Source of the DNA: Nageia nagi
Lineage: Eukaryota > Plantae > Pinophyta
DNA: 64,000 nt
Reading direction: 5' to 3'
NCBI GenBank assembly: GCA_050084985.1
Contig: JBITNC010000002.1
Span: 39,494,001 to 39,558,000, forward strand
The notes below the pieces were generated by a model that saw only the letters and a list, made by a program, of their open reading frames with translations, had not been told where the DNA came from and ran no database searches. The number at the start of each line of letters is the position of its first letter. Positions within the stretch are counted from its first letter, which is position 1. The position numbers and the translations under genes were made by a program. This document shows positions 46,501 through 60,622 of the stretch, in pieces.

Positions 46501-48725
46501 TTAAATTTTGTGTGTCTTTTAACATAGATTTTTTACATTTTTATGATGATTTATTCGATGCTAATGTTGATGTATTTTCCACAAAAATGATACTTTATTT
46601 GATGTTTTAATTGATGCTTTATTACTCTAAATTTTAATGTTTTATTTGATGTTTAAGTTGATGATCCATGTGAATTTTATTTTGATGTTATGTTCATGAT
46701 TCGTAATATAGATTGATGAATATTTATTGTAATATATAGTTTATGTCTTGATATGATGTTGGATTCTCTAGGAATGGATGTCATTGTCCAACAACACTCC
46801 ACTATCATTTGATAGTGGTGTGTCATTGGATGATAACCCCATATCATCGAATGGTAGTGGGATGCCATCGATGGTAGCATCCCCCTTGTAACATTAAAAA
46901 ATAATATAATATAAGATATAAAAATTAAATAAAATATTTAAATAGTTTAAAAAATTTAATAATTTAATTAAATAATTAGTTAAATAAATTTCTTATTAAT
47001 ATTTTTTTAATGTTGCAATCATATGGTTGCAACATGCAATTATCTATTTTATCATAGTCTAAATTGTCTTAAATGAATTCTAAAAAATTATGAAACTTTA
47101 TATTCACCTCTTTTATCATTTATTTTTTAACTTCATTTTAATTTTCCATCATTGTGATATATTATTCCCTCAAATTCATCACTAACAATGTGAATCAATT
47201 TACCTTAGTTTCTATTAAAAAAATTAGGTAGAGGGTGTTATAAAAACTATGGGAGTTGATTATAAAGTTCTTCAAGCAAGTAAATTTGAGAGCATTCCAA
47301 GGAATAATAGTAGGTTTTATGATTTCATGGTTAGTGTTGCTTCATTGAATCCTATCCCAATAGAAGATGAACAAATATTCATCAAGATTTAGAGTTTGAG
47401 AGACCCATCTCACATCAAGGGAGAAAATGTTATGACTGATCTTATCTACATTGAAGATACTATTGCCCTTTATGTTGTACCTCATGTTCCATGGTACAAA
47501 TACATTTATGTGTTTCTCAAACATGGAACCATTACTAAAGAATTTGAAAAAAAGATCTCAAAAGGAAAGACTCAAAAGGATAATAGTAAGGTATGTCTTA
47601 ATTCATGATGTTTTCTACAAAATATCTTTTGATGGTATTTTTCTTAAATGTTTAATTGATGACAAAGATGAGAAAGCAATAGAACAAGTTCATGAAATCT
47701 AAAATATAATTCAATTCAATGGTAATACCATATTTCATAAGCTTTTAATATTGGTATGTTATTGACCCTCCATGAAAATAGATTGTGTTATGCATGTTAG
47801 AAAGTGTGAGAGATGTCAAAAGAATGCTAACTTATAGCTAGCTCCCTCAAGTGAAATTCACACAATAGTTTATCCTTTTCTATTTTCAATAAGCGAATAG
47901 ACTTAGTAAGAGTGGTTAATCCAAAATCAAGGGAGGTTCATAAGTTCATAATCATAGCTACTGATTACTTCACAAAATGGGTTGAAGCCATCCCTTTAAG
48001 ATCCTCAAATTATCAAATTTATTATGGAAAACATCATAGCTAAATTTGGATTCCCATCTATAATATTTATGGATGGAAAAGTTGTAGGGAGTTTTTGTAG
48101 AGCCTTTCACATCCAACAAAAGTTTTATTCCATAGTTTATCCCTAAAGAAATGGTCAAGTTAAGGCAATGAATAAAATATTTTTCAACATCCTTTGCAAA
48201 ATAATCCAAAAGCATAGAGAGATATTGGCATGAGTAGTTGGTATATGCATTATGGGTTTATAGGATAAGCACTAGGTTAGGAATAAGTTGTACTTCTTAT
48301 TCCTTTGTATGTGAAGATGAGTAAATCCTATCTTTAGATATAGAAATCCCATTTTTGAAAGTGTCCTTTCGAATAAATTATTGATGAAGAAGATAACAGG
48401 AAAGCAAAATTGAGTCAACTAGAAAGTTTGGATGAAAAGAGGTTACATGCCTTGGAACAATGAGGTTATATTAGACCTTAATCAAAAGATATTATGCAAA
48501 TAAGAAAATAAAAAGGAGTTCAAGGTTGGATTCTTGGTCCTTACAAAGAACCATCAAAAGAAAAATACTAAAATAGAAGAAAAAGGCAAGTTTGTGTCTA
48601 AATGGATTGGACCAAATGTCATTGTTGCCAAGTATCCTAATGGAACTTACAAATTACATATAGTAGAAGGAAAATAAGATAAGTTTTATACTAATGTAAT
48701 ACACTTCAATCCCATCTATGCTTAA
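43570..48725 (+). mobile_element. Decayed Ty3/gypsy pol of the Tat/Ogre type (RT, RNase H, additional RNase H, integrase), interrupted at ~45421-47240
   Basis: RT: INLGT, WLSNIV, RCCTNFRDINKVCPKDNF.L.HIDMIID. Linker and RNase H: IEVDPK, WDKKYQEAFD, VYYVSK...E.RY. Extra RNase H: FECKNNVAEYE and IPRNN. Integrase zinc finger and core: SFDGIFLKCL, IATDYFTKWVEA, YP..NGQ. Confidence 0.9.
45421..47240. mobile_element. Non-coding insertion rich in short palindromes and subterminal-type repeats (probable DNA-transposon remnants)
   Basis: Interrupts the gypsy pol. Palindromic blocks at 46016-46160 and 47031-47054. A CACTACTACA motif at 46316 is followed by many gatg repeats. Confidence 0.4.
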
Positions 48726-50843
48726 GAAGTATAGTCATATTTAGTTCATTTTCTTATTTTTTGTCTCTTATCAATTTTATCATCTTTAGTTGAGTTCATG
48801 AGTTTTCTTTTAGAATGAACTTTCATTTTTCCACCTAAAATTTACACCAAGAAGTAAGTATATGCATTATTTTAAAATAATGGCATTTCCTTTGATTCAA
48901 GAGAAAACATATTTGAGTAGTACATATAAGAAAACTCTTCAGGATTACTTCATCAAACAAGTTGTTATCCAAATCAAAAAAGATCATTCAATAGCATTTT
49001 CTTCAAGGAATTAATAAAAAAAAAAATGTTTATAAAGGAAACATTCTCAAAACCACAAGGTGGTCAAGTAATTTCAAGATCAAAAGTTCGTATAAAATAA
49101 CATCGACATTGCTAATAATGCAAGTGTTGGGATGGTTGATAATACAATCCTCTATTTTTTGCATGCTTCCTTCAAAAGGTAAGTGTAGGTATTATTATCT
49201 ATCTCATATTTGTCCTTATATGTTCAATACTTTAATACCTAATGGTACCTAGGATAAAGGTTACCTATAGTGAGAAAAATCATTATGATGTCAACTATAT
49301 TTTACTATTTTTTCCCTTTATTGGTTGTGTTTTAAATTAATTATCACAATTATAAGAATATGGTATAGTACCTCATGATGATATCCATACTCATATATTA
49401 TATCCTTTACATATTATGTTAATTTCATCTTGTCTTCATTAAAAATGTATCTATTTAAGATGAATATATATATGCTCTTTGGATATTTTGTTTTATGTTC
49501 TCTCATTTCAAGTTTTTTGTATTTGATTGTAATAAATTATCATATCTTCTTGTAATACAATCAATGCAAAGAGGGATCAGGATACATCATCCAAAAATGT
49601 GTTAATTTCAGCCTTGCTACAATAAGGAATTCTTGTCTATCCTTTTCTATATTTCCTTTGCAAGCATAATTATATTCATTTCTTTAAACTTGCTAAGAAG
49701 GGAATCATTTGGGACTTAATTTTGATACCTAATATCACAAATTAATTATCATATTATTTAATCTACACCACATTCTATTTTTTTTATCTTATGTTATGGT
49801 CATTTAGGCCAGCTTATGTGCCCCTGTCATGTTGTTTCTCTTTTTTTTTGTGTTAGGCCCTTAGCATAAAGGCTACAATATGCATTATGGTAGATCTCTT
49901 GCATATAATTGGAGATAAAGTAAATGAGGGGGCTATCAAGATTCATGTATCAATAATCACACTCAATATCAAAAACATTTAGGTGCCATCTCGACACTTC
50001 TTATCAAGATTGAGATATATATCATAATATAAATTTGTTATTCATCTTTCATAATATACTAAACTAGGCTTATTGTATTATTATTATTACTAAGAATCTA
50101 AATTATGAAGACTAACTCACAAGGATCATAGCATATGAATTACCCATGGCATCTACATTGCCTATGAAATTTTGTATAGCTACTAGCATCCATGCTACTT
50201 TGCAGGCCTATACTTCTACAACGTATTACACATAAGTTATGAATTTGATCCAATGGCCTAGGTATCATTATTATTTGATCTATATTATTAATACCTTAGG
50301 TTATTGCATATTATTTGTACTTAGTCATTTATCGAGATTCATAAGTTCATTTCAATAGTAATCTTATTATTTCAGTAGGTGATTATAAATAATTAATCAA
50401 TAGTAGGGTTAATTTTAATCATCTATATTAATCCTTGAAATATAGTATTCAAAAAGTATGGACTTCCTTAAAAATTGTACTCTCCTTGAAGGCTTGAATA
50501 AGAATCAAGATGTGATAAATTCATATCTCTATTTATATTTAGAGGTTATAAAGGTTCATTATTAAGACTTTTGGAACCAATATGAACTATTTATTTTGAA
50601 ATTCCCAAAGCTAGAGAGATAAAAAGTAGAGCTCTAGGAGGTAGGTGGTTGAAATCTTGCTACTATATGAAATCATGGAATTAGTAGGTTCTAGAATTGT
50701 TACAATGGAAACATTGCAAGGAACGACCAATGAGGAGGATAAAGGAATTGATAGAAAAATTATGGAGATATCTCGAAAGAAAACCAATTTAAGATGGCTC
50801 TAAGAGGGATGTACTAGAATGGGGAGAAAGCGAGTTGGGAATA

Positions 50844-50865
50844 TGTGTGTGTGTGTGTGTGTGTG
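50844..50865. repeat. (TG)n microsatellite
   Basis: tgtgtgtgtgtgtgtgtgtgtg. Confidence 0.9.
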
Positions 50866-51479
50866 GAAAAGGAGGGATATAAGGTATCTTGTTGATATGA
50901 TACTTCCCCATGACCAGTCCCATAGTCATTTATATGGAAAAAGTAAAGGTGGCCTAGAATTGACTTTTTCTCATGATTGATTAATCATGGAAGGTGCTTG
51001 ATATTTGACAATATGAAAAAAAGGCTTCCACTATCCCTCCAAATGTATCCCTTATATAAAGGATATGGATACCTTAAATCATGTCTTTTTTTAGCATTCT
51101 TTTATTGAGGATATATAGATCAAATGGTAGGGGTAGATGAGAAAGAGATGGGAAAATTTTGATAACCCAAAGACCTTTTGTGAGAAATGGAAATAAAGAA
51201 GCTTTAAGATCAAAATAATGAAATTGGTGTGGAAGTTGGGACCTAGTTTTATATGGTGGAAGTTATGGCTAGAATGGAATTCATGCATATTTAGTTAAAA
51301 GTATAGAAAAAAGGGAGAAAATATGGGAAATGATGATTAGTAAGGTGATGAATAAAATCTATTAGATTACACAAGGAAAAATACATAGAAAAGAGGAAGT
51401 GACCATCCTTGGAAACTTAAGGATCACTATTAAAAAAAATTAAGTGTTGGACATACAAGAGAGAGTCCACTAAGCACCA

Positions 51480-51880
51480 TAAAGTGGATATCATTACCTA
51501 AAGAATGGTCAAATGCCAACATGGATAATGCCTCCACTAAAAAACTAGAAAAAAAATTGGTTTTGGTCTCATCATAAGGAATTGGGAAGGTGACTGAGTG
51601 TACTCAAGAATGGAAGGCATAGAGGAGAAAATAAATAATAAATAAATGGATAGGTGTTTTTTTAACATCCATAAAAGTGATAAAACTACACTTACATAAT
51701 CTGTGGATATAGATAGACTCTCAAGTATGGGCCAAAATTTTAAACCTGATAAAATCTTTCTAGGTGTTATGAATTAAGTAGAGAAGATAGTGGAAGTAAT
51801 TTGAAAGTTTTGGATATTTTTATTTCACATATGAAGGGAGAGGGAAACAAGGTGGTGGTTTATTTGGGAAAATATAGAAA
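51480..51880 (+). mobile_element. Highly decayed LINE-type RNase H domain
   Basis: KWI.LPK.W...N.DNAS...G.GLIIRNWEGD near 51482-51600 and ISH..(R)EGNKV near 51822-51860. Confidence 0.55.
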
Positions 51881-52194
51881 GGAATTGGAATTAGGATAAT
51901 ACATGGAGAAATAAGAGTATGGAGAGTTTAATTTTTACCATGATATCAATAATTGAAAATATTATCTCTCAAGTGTGATAGTTACAACATAGTATTTATT
52001 CAATATATTTTGGGAGAAAGTAGGACCTATGAAGAATGCACTTAAATAGGTGAAAGAGGTGAATGCCTTCACTCCCCTTCAATGATAATAGGAAAATAGA
52101 GATGGTGAATTGATCATCAAAGGTGAGGTTGTGTCAATTGATCGATGTGGATTGTTGGTGAAACCACAATCTCCATGATTTCCCAATTCATCCA

Positions 52195-52237
52195 TAATAA
52201 TAATAATATATAATATAATAATAATATAATAATAATA
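52195..52237. repeat. Imperfect (AAT)n microsatellite
   Basis: aataataataatatataatataataataatatataataataa. Confidence 0.75.
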
Positions 52238-55200
52238 GGGTTTACCCACTTATGCATATATGTTTCCCTTAGAAAGTAAGTTTCTTTTTAAGATTAACTT
52301 CAAGACCATGAGTAGCATGAAAGGTACTCAAGGTGTCAACCTAACATTGAATCCTAGTAGTTGAGAAAATTGAAGACAATGAATTCATGCAGGAAATAAA
52401 CCACACTTGGGCCTAAGGTTTTTGAGATCAACTATTCAAATTCATCAATATAGATCCCAAATAGAGTAGGCAATATGGGGAAACCTTTTTGTACACTAAT
52501 AGTATTATAGAAAATTTAGATAAGTAAGAACCAACTTGAAGTTAGCCAACTACCTATTCATATAATGTCATGATAAGGGATATGCATCTTTATGGATCCC
52601 TAGGTTCTAAAGTATTTGGAATAGGAGATATATATGGACAATATCAAAGGCTTGATATTCTTCAATTATGACCCCTAGGGTGAGGTGGTGACCAAAAATA
52701 TCAAATACTTTATATATAAAATATATCATCTTCCAAAAATGAGTTACAATATATTTTGAATTAATGAATGGTTTTCTTACAATCATAATATTTTAATATA
52801 TTATACTTTAAAAAATATCTATTCAAACCAAGATGTTAATCATAACCAAAGTTTAATAGTATTAATATTTTTGCTTTTATGCAAGTTTTTAAAATCAAAG
52901 CTTTAATGACTATCAAATTTGCCTTTCAAATGCTAATGCCAACAATTATGTTGTATGATGAATGCAATGTTAACTTCTAAGTTTGACTTTCAAATAGTAT
53001 CAAATGTTAACTATGAATCAATTTCACTCTAATGTTAGTTTAAGATGCATCACATTAATAAAAAATGGTTGAATGATGATAAAAACAAATTTTATAAGTC
53101 TTTGAATTATATTTTCTACATAAATGAATAAGTTTTACATTTTTTATTTAAATGTAATACTTAATCATTTAATTTACCCTCTAATTGATATTTGCTTGGA
53201 TATATTTTGAAATTACCTAACTATTATATTATCCTTATTTATCTTTAATGGTTTTCCCTTTCTTTAGTATTTTAAAAAATTGGATTCAAATAATTTATAC
53301 TTTTTTTTAAAATTTACAGTTAATTTTTTTTACATAAATGTATTTGGTTTCTATGGTATAATTAAATTCCTTCTATTTCTACTATAAATTTTTAACTTAG
53401 AAATACCATTAAAGTAGGATTTGCAATTTATATGCTTTATGAGCAACTTATTGCTAAACAAAAAACTAATCAGGGGTAGTCGAAGGAAATTAATTGCAAT
53501 ATAGAGTTAAATAATAATGTTCACTATCCCTAACTATATTTTGTATTTTCATAGACCAATTATAAGATATTCAAAAGAAGTTGGATGCAAATTCATCAAC
53601 CTCTACAACCTCATCATTGTAATTTTACTTTATGTAGATTATATTTCTTATTAGCTAAACATTATGAATATCTTATAGAATTATGAAATACCCTTAAGAC
53701 ATTATACGATAAACTTGGTTTAACAATTAATATAAATAACAAAAACTATGATTATTAAATATAAAAAAATATTTCATCTTACAATCCTTTTTTATTTTGA
53801 GCCCTTCTTACCAATCACATCTTTGCAAGGGTTATACTTCCCTCTCTACACTAGAATGCCAATATTTCCAATTCCACTTTAATTATATCCCTTCAAATGA
53901 GCACCTCTTCAAACCATCATTCAACCCATTGCCACATGTGGTTCTATGGTTTGGGCTCCTAACCTATGACCCATCGATTAGGACCATTTTAAGTGACTTC
54001 AAACTTTGATGTTTTGACATTTATTTCATTGCAAAAGGATATTCCCCTAGTGCATTGTCCATACTAAGTTCGCAATCATACCACTTTAACTCGAATGCAT
54101 CTTTTGTATCATCCTATATATTCATATACTTAGAATCCATAGGGATTCCATTTCTATACATGCAATGTATCTATTTCTAACCCTTTTCTCATATGAAAAC
54201 ATCACCTACATAGGTTCATTTAAACATCAATGTTGTTGGTTCTTTTAGACCTCTTTGATCCTCCAATATATTGATCTTTTCATCGATCATATTTTGCCTT
54301 TATATACACCCTTATTAATCCCCCCAACCTCATCCTTTGAACATAAACACTTAAAGGTTGGTCTCGATAGATATTTACTATAAATACACTCTAATAACAT
54401 GGATATATCCCTTTGCATCCCTCAGCACCAAGTTGGAATTCTAGTTAAACATTTCCTCCAAATATTCAATGGAACCATTTATTGCCCTACCTCTAGTATC
54501 ATTGATCATGCAACTTAAGGACCCCTCTAGGGTAGTTAAGAGTATCTCTCCATCAACTCCATATCAATTTTTATCATCACATCTTGTGGTTGAAAATGTA
54601 TATCATACCCTTCTCCATCAACAAAATAGAGTTTAAATATCACTTTGTATTTAATACCTAATTTACTATGAGATTTGAGGAAGATTTTATTATTTATTCA
54701 GAGACTAGAAATTATCTCTCCATATTTTTTAAGTAACCCCGATTAACGATTCTTGGTCTTGTTTATTTGAGAAGTCACCTTGCTTAAGCATGAATCTACA
54801 TAGGATACTCCCACTACTACCAAGTTGATCACTTATATCTTTCAACTCATTGCTCTTTTTGGTGGGTTCAAGCAACATCAAGATTCTTCTAGCTCTCACT
54901 CTAGCAATAACAATTCAATCCATCGATTACCTTCACCAAAATTCATTATCCATATCTCACAATGACCTCCTTGTACTAGGAACCACACACTTATTTTTTA
55001 TCAACATCAAGGATTTTAATTTTTATTATCGAGATAACGTAGATAATCCCTTATTACCATGTTCTTCACTAATACTACTAGCCATTCAACCTTTCATGTC
55101 AAGATTGATTCAATATTGTAATTATAGTGTTTGGGTTTGGTGATTGTCACACCTCCCCATCCCTAATATTTTTTCATTTATTTATTTATTTAACTTTCCT

Positions 55201-55285
55201 ATAGTTTAATTCTTCTATTATATAAATCTTTATTCTATTCCACTATATTTTATTTATTTATATCAATTATAAATTATAGTATTTA

Positions 55286-55289
<4 letters not shown>

Positions 55290-55326
<37 letters not shown>
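55290..55326. repeat. (TA)n microsatellite
   Basis: Uninterrupted TA run of about 36 bp. Confidence 0.9.
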
Positions 55327-55328
<2 letters not shown>

Positions 55329-56766
55329 CAATCTCTAGGTGTGATTAACTCTTATAAATACTTAGGTATTGATATTGACGACAAAGTAAACTCGAATCTA
55401 AGTGTTGAAATAAGAATCTTTATTAGATGTAAGGCCTTATGTGGTTTGTAAAATAAATGTAAAAATATGGGACTTTAAAAATTGGATGCTTCTACTTTAT
55501 AACTTAATTAATCCTATATCAATGTGAAGTTTTAGGTGGAAGCATTTTCCAAGAAACATGGAATAAAATTGAGCAAATATAAAAATAATTTCCTTATTTA
55601 TAACTTCAAAATTAAAAATAACAAGAATTAAAGACTTTTAAGGGTGTTTCAAGATCCTTTGGAAAATTTGTTGCAAGTGATGAAGTCACAAAAGCCTAAA
55701 TAAGAATGTTAGTAGTAATAATCTACATCATGGTTGAATTTGGAGTGAAGTTGCCAACTTCAATAATATTTGAATCAGAGATAGGAAAGTGGGTTTAGGA
55801 GTTACACTATGAAAATAAAATTTGCCTATGCTTATCATGTGGCCAAGTCGAACACAACCTGAGATTGTGCTTGATAAAGGCAACTGTAATAGATAAATAA
55901 TATAAAGAATGGATACCAAAACAACATCAAGAGGTGAATGAACTATTAACAAAAATATACCCATTAAAATCCAAAGAAGGTAATATTCTACAAGATAAGG
56001 CTAAAAGTAGTAATAATAATTAAATAGATAATGAAGTATTAAAGCAATAAATGAAGAATTCTACTAAATTGGTAATTGTGGTCCAATAAAGTCACAAAGA
56101 AAATAATGATCACATGTATCAAATGGAAGGAAAAAATTCAAAAAACATAGGAGAAGAAGATCAGGTGAATGAACATTCAAATAGTCATAACCCAATCACG
56201 CTATAAAGGAATTCATCGAAGAATGAGGCATGGCAACAATTTAAAGACAAGAAGAATCCTTTGAACAAGAAAATACCCACCTTTGAAGAAGTACCTTAAT
56301 AGTCAAAATTGGATGAAGATACAACTATGAAGAGACACCCACTTAGGGTTCCCTTCATAAGAAGTGCAAAGAAATTGGTTGATGCAAGACAAAACAAGGT
56401 TGGATGCCCAAGTTAAGGGAAGGTTTGGAATAGAGAAATAACCAAGGCTATAGCAAAAGGAAAATAATCAACTTTGGATGGTATGTTAGGATTCACTATT
56501 TAGTAACTATAGAAGAATGAATGTTTACTACTACAAGTTATAGCAGAACATAGTGCTACGATCTTTGTAGCAGTTTCACTCTATAAAAAGACTAAAATAT
56601 GTAATAGATCAATTCCCATATTAAAGGATGTCATGGATCATTTAGTAAATGTACTCTAAAATAAATAGTGGTAGGTTATTTCCTATGCTATTTTAAATCA
56701 TTAAATATAGGTTTTAGGTTCCTGTATAGAAAAGCCCCTTAATTTACTAGTGGCCATTTTTTGGTT

Positions 56767-59438
56767 TAACAAAAAAATATAACACATAATACCCTATATT
56801 TCTCATGGAAGTTTGTTTACTCTTTGTTTAAAGTGAAACCATAAGATGATATATATTATACAATTATATATTATCAACATTAGATCATTATAGGCTCTCT
56901 ATAATTACCAAACAAACTTGTGTAACCATCAACATCTTAAATGACATTGGCTAAAAGATTTTGATAAGTGACTTGATTTTGGGGCATAGACAGTAATATA
57001 AACCCTTCATATGATAGAAAATTAAAATTTTAAATAAAGTGATTCAGAAAATTTAAAGTGATGATAATACTAAAAATAGAAGAAAACTAACCTATTATAA
57101 AAGCATCATCAACCCAAAACTTAGACATCCATCTACCCATATAAGATTACTAGTGTCAAAAAGGAACTTATAAGTGCAAAATTAAGAACACATTCACATG
57201 AATTGCATAATGAAACAAGTATATGGATGATACCCAAAATACCATAGGATAAATAATTTGTAATTTTGTAACTTAAATGATATAAAATATGAGATTCATT
57301 TTCTCCTCATCTACCCATTTGACAAAGACATTAGATAAACTTGTAATGATATTTATAATTATAACTTGATCCATAAACTCTCAAACCAAGATAACTAAAA
57401 CAAGCTTGGCAATTTTAATATAAATCTTAATTTTTTAGAAACAATCATTCAAATACTCAAGTGATATATATTTATCTCTAGATAATTTTGATAAGTCCTA
57501 AAAATCATTAGATTTAAAGGGTATTAAAATACATCATCATAAACCAAATTACTTTTCTAAACAAAATATAATATGAAATTCCTTGCATGCATGAGTTCAT
57601 GTTAGTAGAGTTGGAGAGAGGGGTGGTAGAAATTTGTAATTTGGGTGCATCTTATTCAAATATCTCTACTTCTAATTAGAAGACCATGATAAAAAACATG
57701 TTTAAGTTATAGCAAGTCTATTCAAGGCTAGGTCCAAGTCTTAGGTGACTTTGATGAAAGAGATAAAATTTGTTTGCTTTTAAGTTGAAGGCAACTTTCC
57801 TAAAAATGTGGTTTCCAACAACAAAAGAAAAATAAATATCATACTTTAATGTAAAAAATTGTATAAGTATTGATTAACCCAAGTGATCTCTTAATTTTTT
57901 AAAATCTATTAGTTCCAAATTTAGATTTCAAAATATCCTTTAGATGAATACAAGTACATTAATATCAAAATTAAATATCCAAGTTTGGTATAAAAAAATT
58001 AACTTATTGTCAACTTATGTGCATTGATATTTACATATGTAGCATCTTTCTATCTAAATAATCTTATGGGAAAACCTTCAAAGATTTCATGTTTTGGTAT
58101 AACCTTTAAACAATATCATTGTTTAACACCTAACAACAAAAGTTTGTACTAAATTCCCAATCAACTACTACATTCTATATAAGATATTATCTTGGTGGTG
58201 CTAAAAGTACTTTTGAGGCACATGCTCTCAACCACCATGGTAAAGCTTAGGAACTATTCATTGATAAGTATTTTGTTTGTTGATTTGCTTTTATCTCAAC
58301 TTATTGGTCTTACAATCAATTTTAGTTATATCAAAATCTTTGTCTAAAGATAAAAATATATCAAAATTTATTTGTATTTTAAGTATATGAAATAAGAATT
58401 TATCTTAGTAGTATTTGAAATCAATATCGTTTGCCTCTTGAAATGAATGTAATATCAACATGTAAAAAGAGATTATTTGATAATAATTGTTAGTTAAGAT
58501 ATTTTGAAAAGCAATATTAAGATATTTAGCTTTAGCATTATCTCCCATATACTTCACTAGAATTCATTTCTAACCTTCATCCTATCAAATTTAATATAAC
58601 TATTGTTATAAGATTGGAACATATTAGTTATTTATATAAGATCTCAATAACATAAGTCTTTTAACATCCTTTTAGACTCAATGATTTGTACAACATATCA
58701 AAGTTTGTTCAAAAGTAAAAATATACTGATTAAGCATTTAAATGATTGTCTCTCACATAATTAAGTTGTATAATAAAATCACCAAGCTTGTCTTGGTTAT
58801 CTTGGTTTTAAAATTTGTGGATCAAGTTGAAGTTACATATATCTTTATATATTTGTCTAATGTTTATGTATAGTGGGAAAATAAAAAGAAAATGAGTCTC
58901 ATTCTCTAAACCATTTAGATTACAATACTTGTAAATTCTTTTATCCAAAGATATTTTAGGTGTTGTCCATCTACCATTTCACTATGTAAATCATGTGAAT
59001 TAGTTCTTAATTTTGTGATTGCAAGTTTCTTTTTAAACCTAATAGCCTTATGTGGGTAGGTGGGAGGTTCATGTTTTGGATTAATGATATTTTTATAGTA
59101 AACTAGTTTTTTTTATCTTTAATGTTATCATCATTACAAAAAATATTTATTTATTTTATTTGCAATTTTAAATTTTAATTATCACTATCAAAAGGGGTTA
59201 TGTTATTGTGTATCTCCCAAAACTCAAGCCACTTATTAATGTCTTTTAGACAACCTCTTTTAAAATGTTGATGAGTTGGACAATTGTATTTGGTAACTAT
59301 AGGCAATCTATGGGGATTTAACTTTGTTATTTTATAATTGTATAATATATACCATTTTTAAAGCTTCATCATCAATAAGGTGTAAGCCAAATTATATGGG
59401 GAAGATACGATAAGGTTTTTTATTTTTTATTTTGGGTT
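56767..59438. mobile_element. Foldback / MULE-like non-autonomous element with ~770-bp imperfect inverted arms (56767-57535 and 58655-59438)
   Basis: The reverse complement of 57361-57420 (tattaaaattgccaagcttgttttagttatcttggtttgagagtttatggatcaagtt) matches 58771-58828 (taataaaatcaccaagcttgtcttggttatcttggttttaaaatttgtggatcaagtt). Homology extends collinearly in both directions. Superfamily is inferred. Confidence 0.8.
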
Positions 59439-60089
59439 ATGAAGAATAAATTGTTTTCTAATTTTCTCATTTTTCAAGATATGTTTCTATGCAAACTTCA
59501 CAATCATAGAGTATTACTGGAATTACAAGGCAAGAGAAAAGAGTTTTATTTTTATCCTAATTCCAAAGTGCTATATTTTTACATTTATTTTTCAATCCAT
59601 AAAAAGGCTTTCCATCGCTCAAAGATTCTTTTTTCAACTCTTAAACTCTAGTTTAGCTTATTATTTATGTTAATACCTAAGTATTTGTAAGATTGAACCA
59701 TATCTAAGTGTTGTTGTCAAGGAGGATAATGGGGTGATTCATTTCTTTAGATTTAATTATCATACTTTTATTTTTATCTATATTAAATGTTAAAAAAAAA
59801 TATTACAAAATATTTAAATTAACCCAACAAATGTTTCATAAATGTGTCGATTAATCATCTCAAAAATCTTCATTTCAGTGGCTTCTAACTAAGATGGGTT
59901 TCATAAATATACCAACAATTTCAAACATCTTAAAAACCATAATGTCTTCTACCCAACACTTATCATAAATAAGTTGATTAACTATCACAAACAACCAATG
60001 ACCCAAAACACTTATGTTTGTGACAAAAATTACATAAAATTTAAAATGTAAATTGATGGGAGTTTTTAAGCCTATTTCTACCTTAATGG

Positions 60090-60622
60090 TGGTGTAGATT
60101 CCTGCAAGAGATCAAAGCAAATCTCCAAAACTCGATTTACACAACAAGAAAATCGATGTAAGAATAAAATTTCACAAGAATTTTTTTATTCTTCTGTATC
60201 TACTACCCTTTTCAGGTTTGTTACAATAGATAATATAGAAAGAAGGAAACTCTCACTCAAAAAATAATGAACAGTTTGAAAATAAGATATTACTAAAAAT
60301 AGAAAGTTCCTTGGATTCTAGCCAAATTGACATACAAACACAGTTAACATGGACTAAGGTGCTTCCCAATTTATTCTCCTAAACAAATTCTACAACAACA
60401 GATATTGAAGTCTACTTATTGGAAATCTTGAAAACTGACATTAAAAGCTAATTTTGGGACACTAAATGATGGATTTAGGTCGATCAGAAAATTTTCTATT
60501 TGGAGGCATCCCTCCCATTGGAGGTGGCAACCGAATGATGAAAACTCATATCTAGCTCTCCTCAAAATTTCAAGACGATCCGACAGTCGAATTAAAAGTT
60601 ATGATTGTTTGAAGGTGCATCA
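60090..60622 (-). mobile_element. Probable solo LTR (533 bp)
   Basis: Termini TGGTGTA...TGCATCA form an imperfect inverted repeat. Flanks aatgg/aatgt match at 4/5. Minus strand shows TATA-like, ttgtaa and gaataaa in LTR order. No adjacent PBS or PPT. Confidence 0.65.

Noticed and set aside
46316-46776. Complete CACTA element
   Set aside because: CACTACTACA is present, but the best right end (tctaggaatg) matches only 7/10 and there is no 3-bp TSD. Kept only as a possible fragment.
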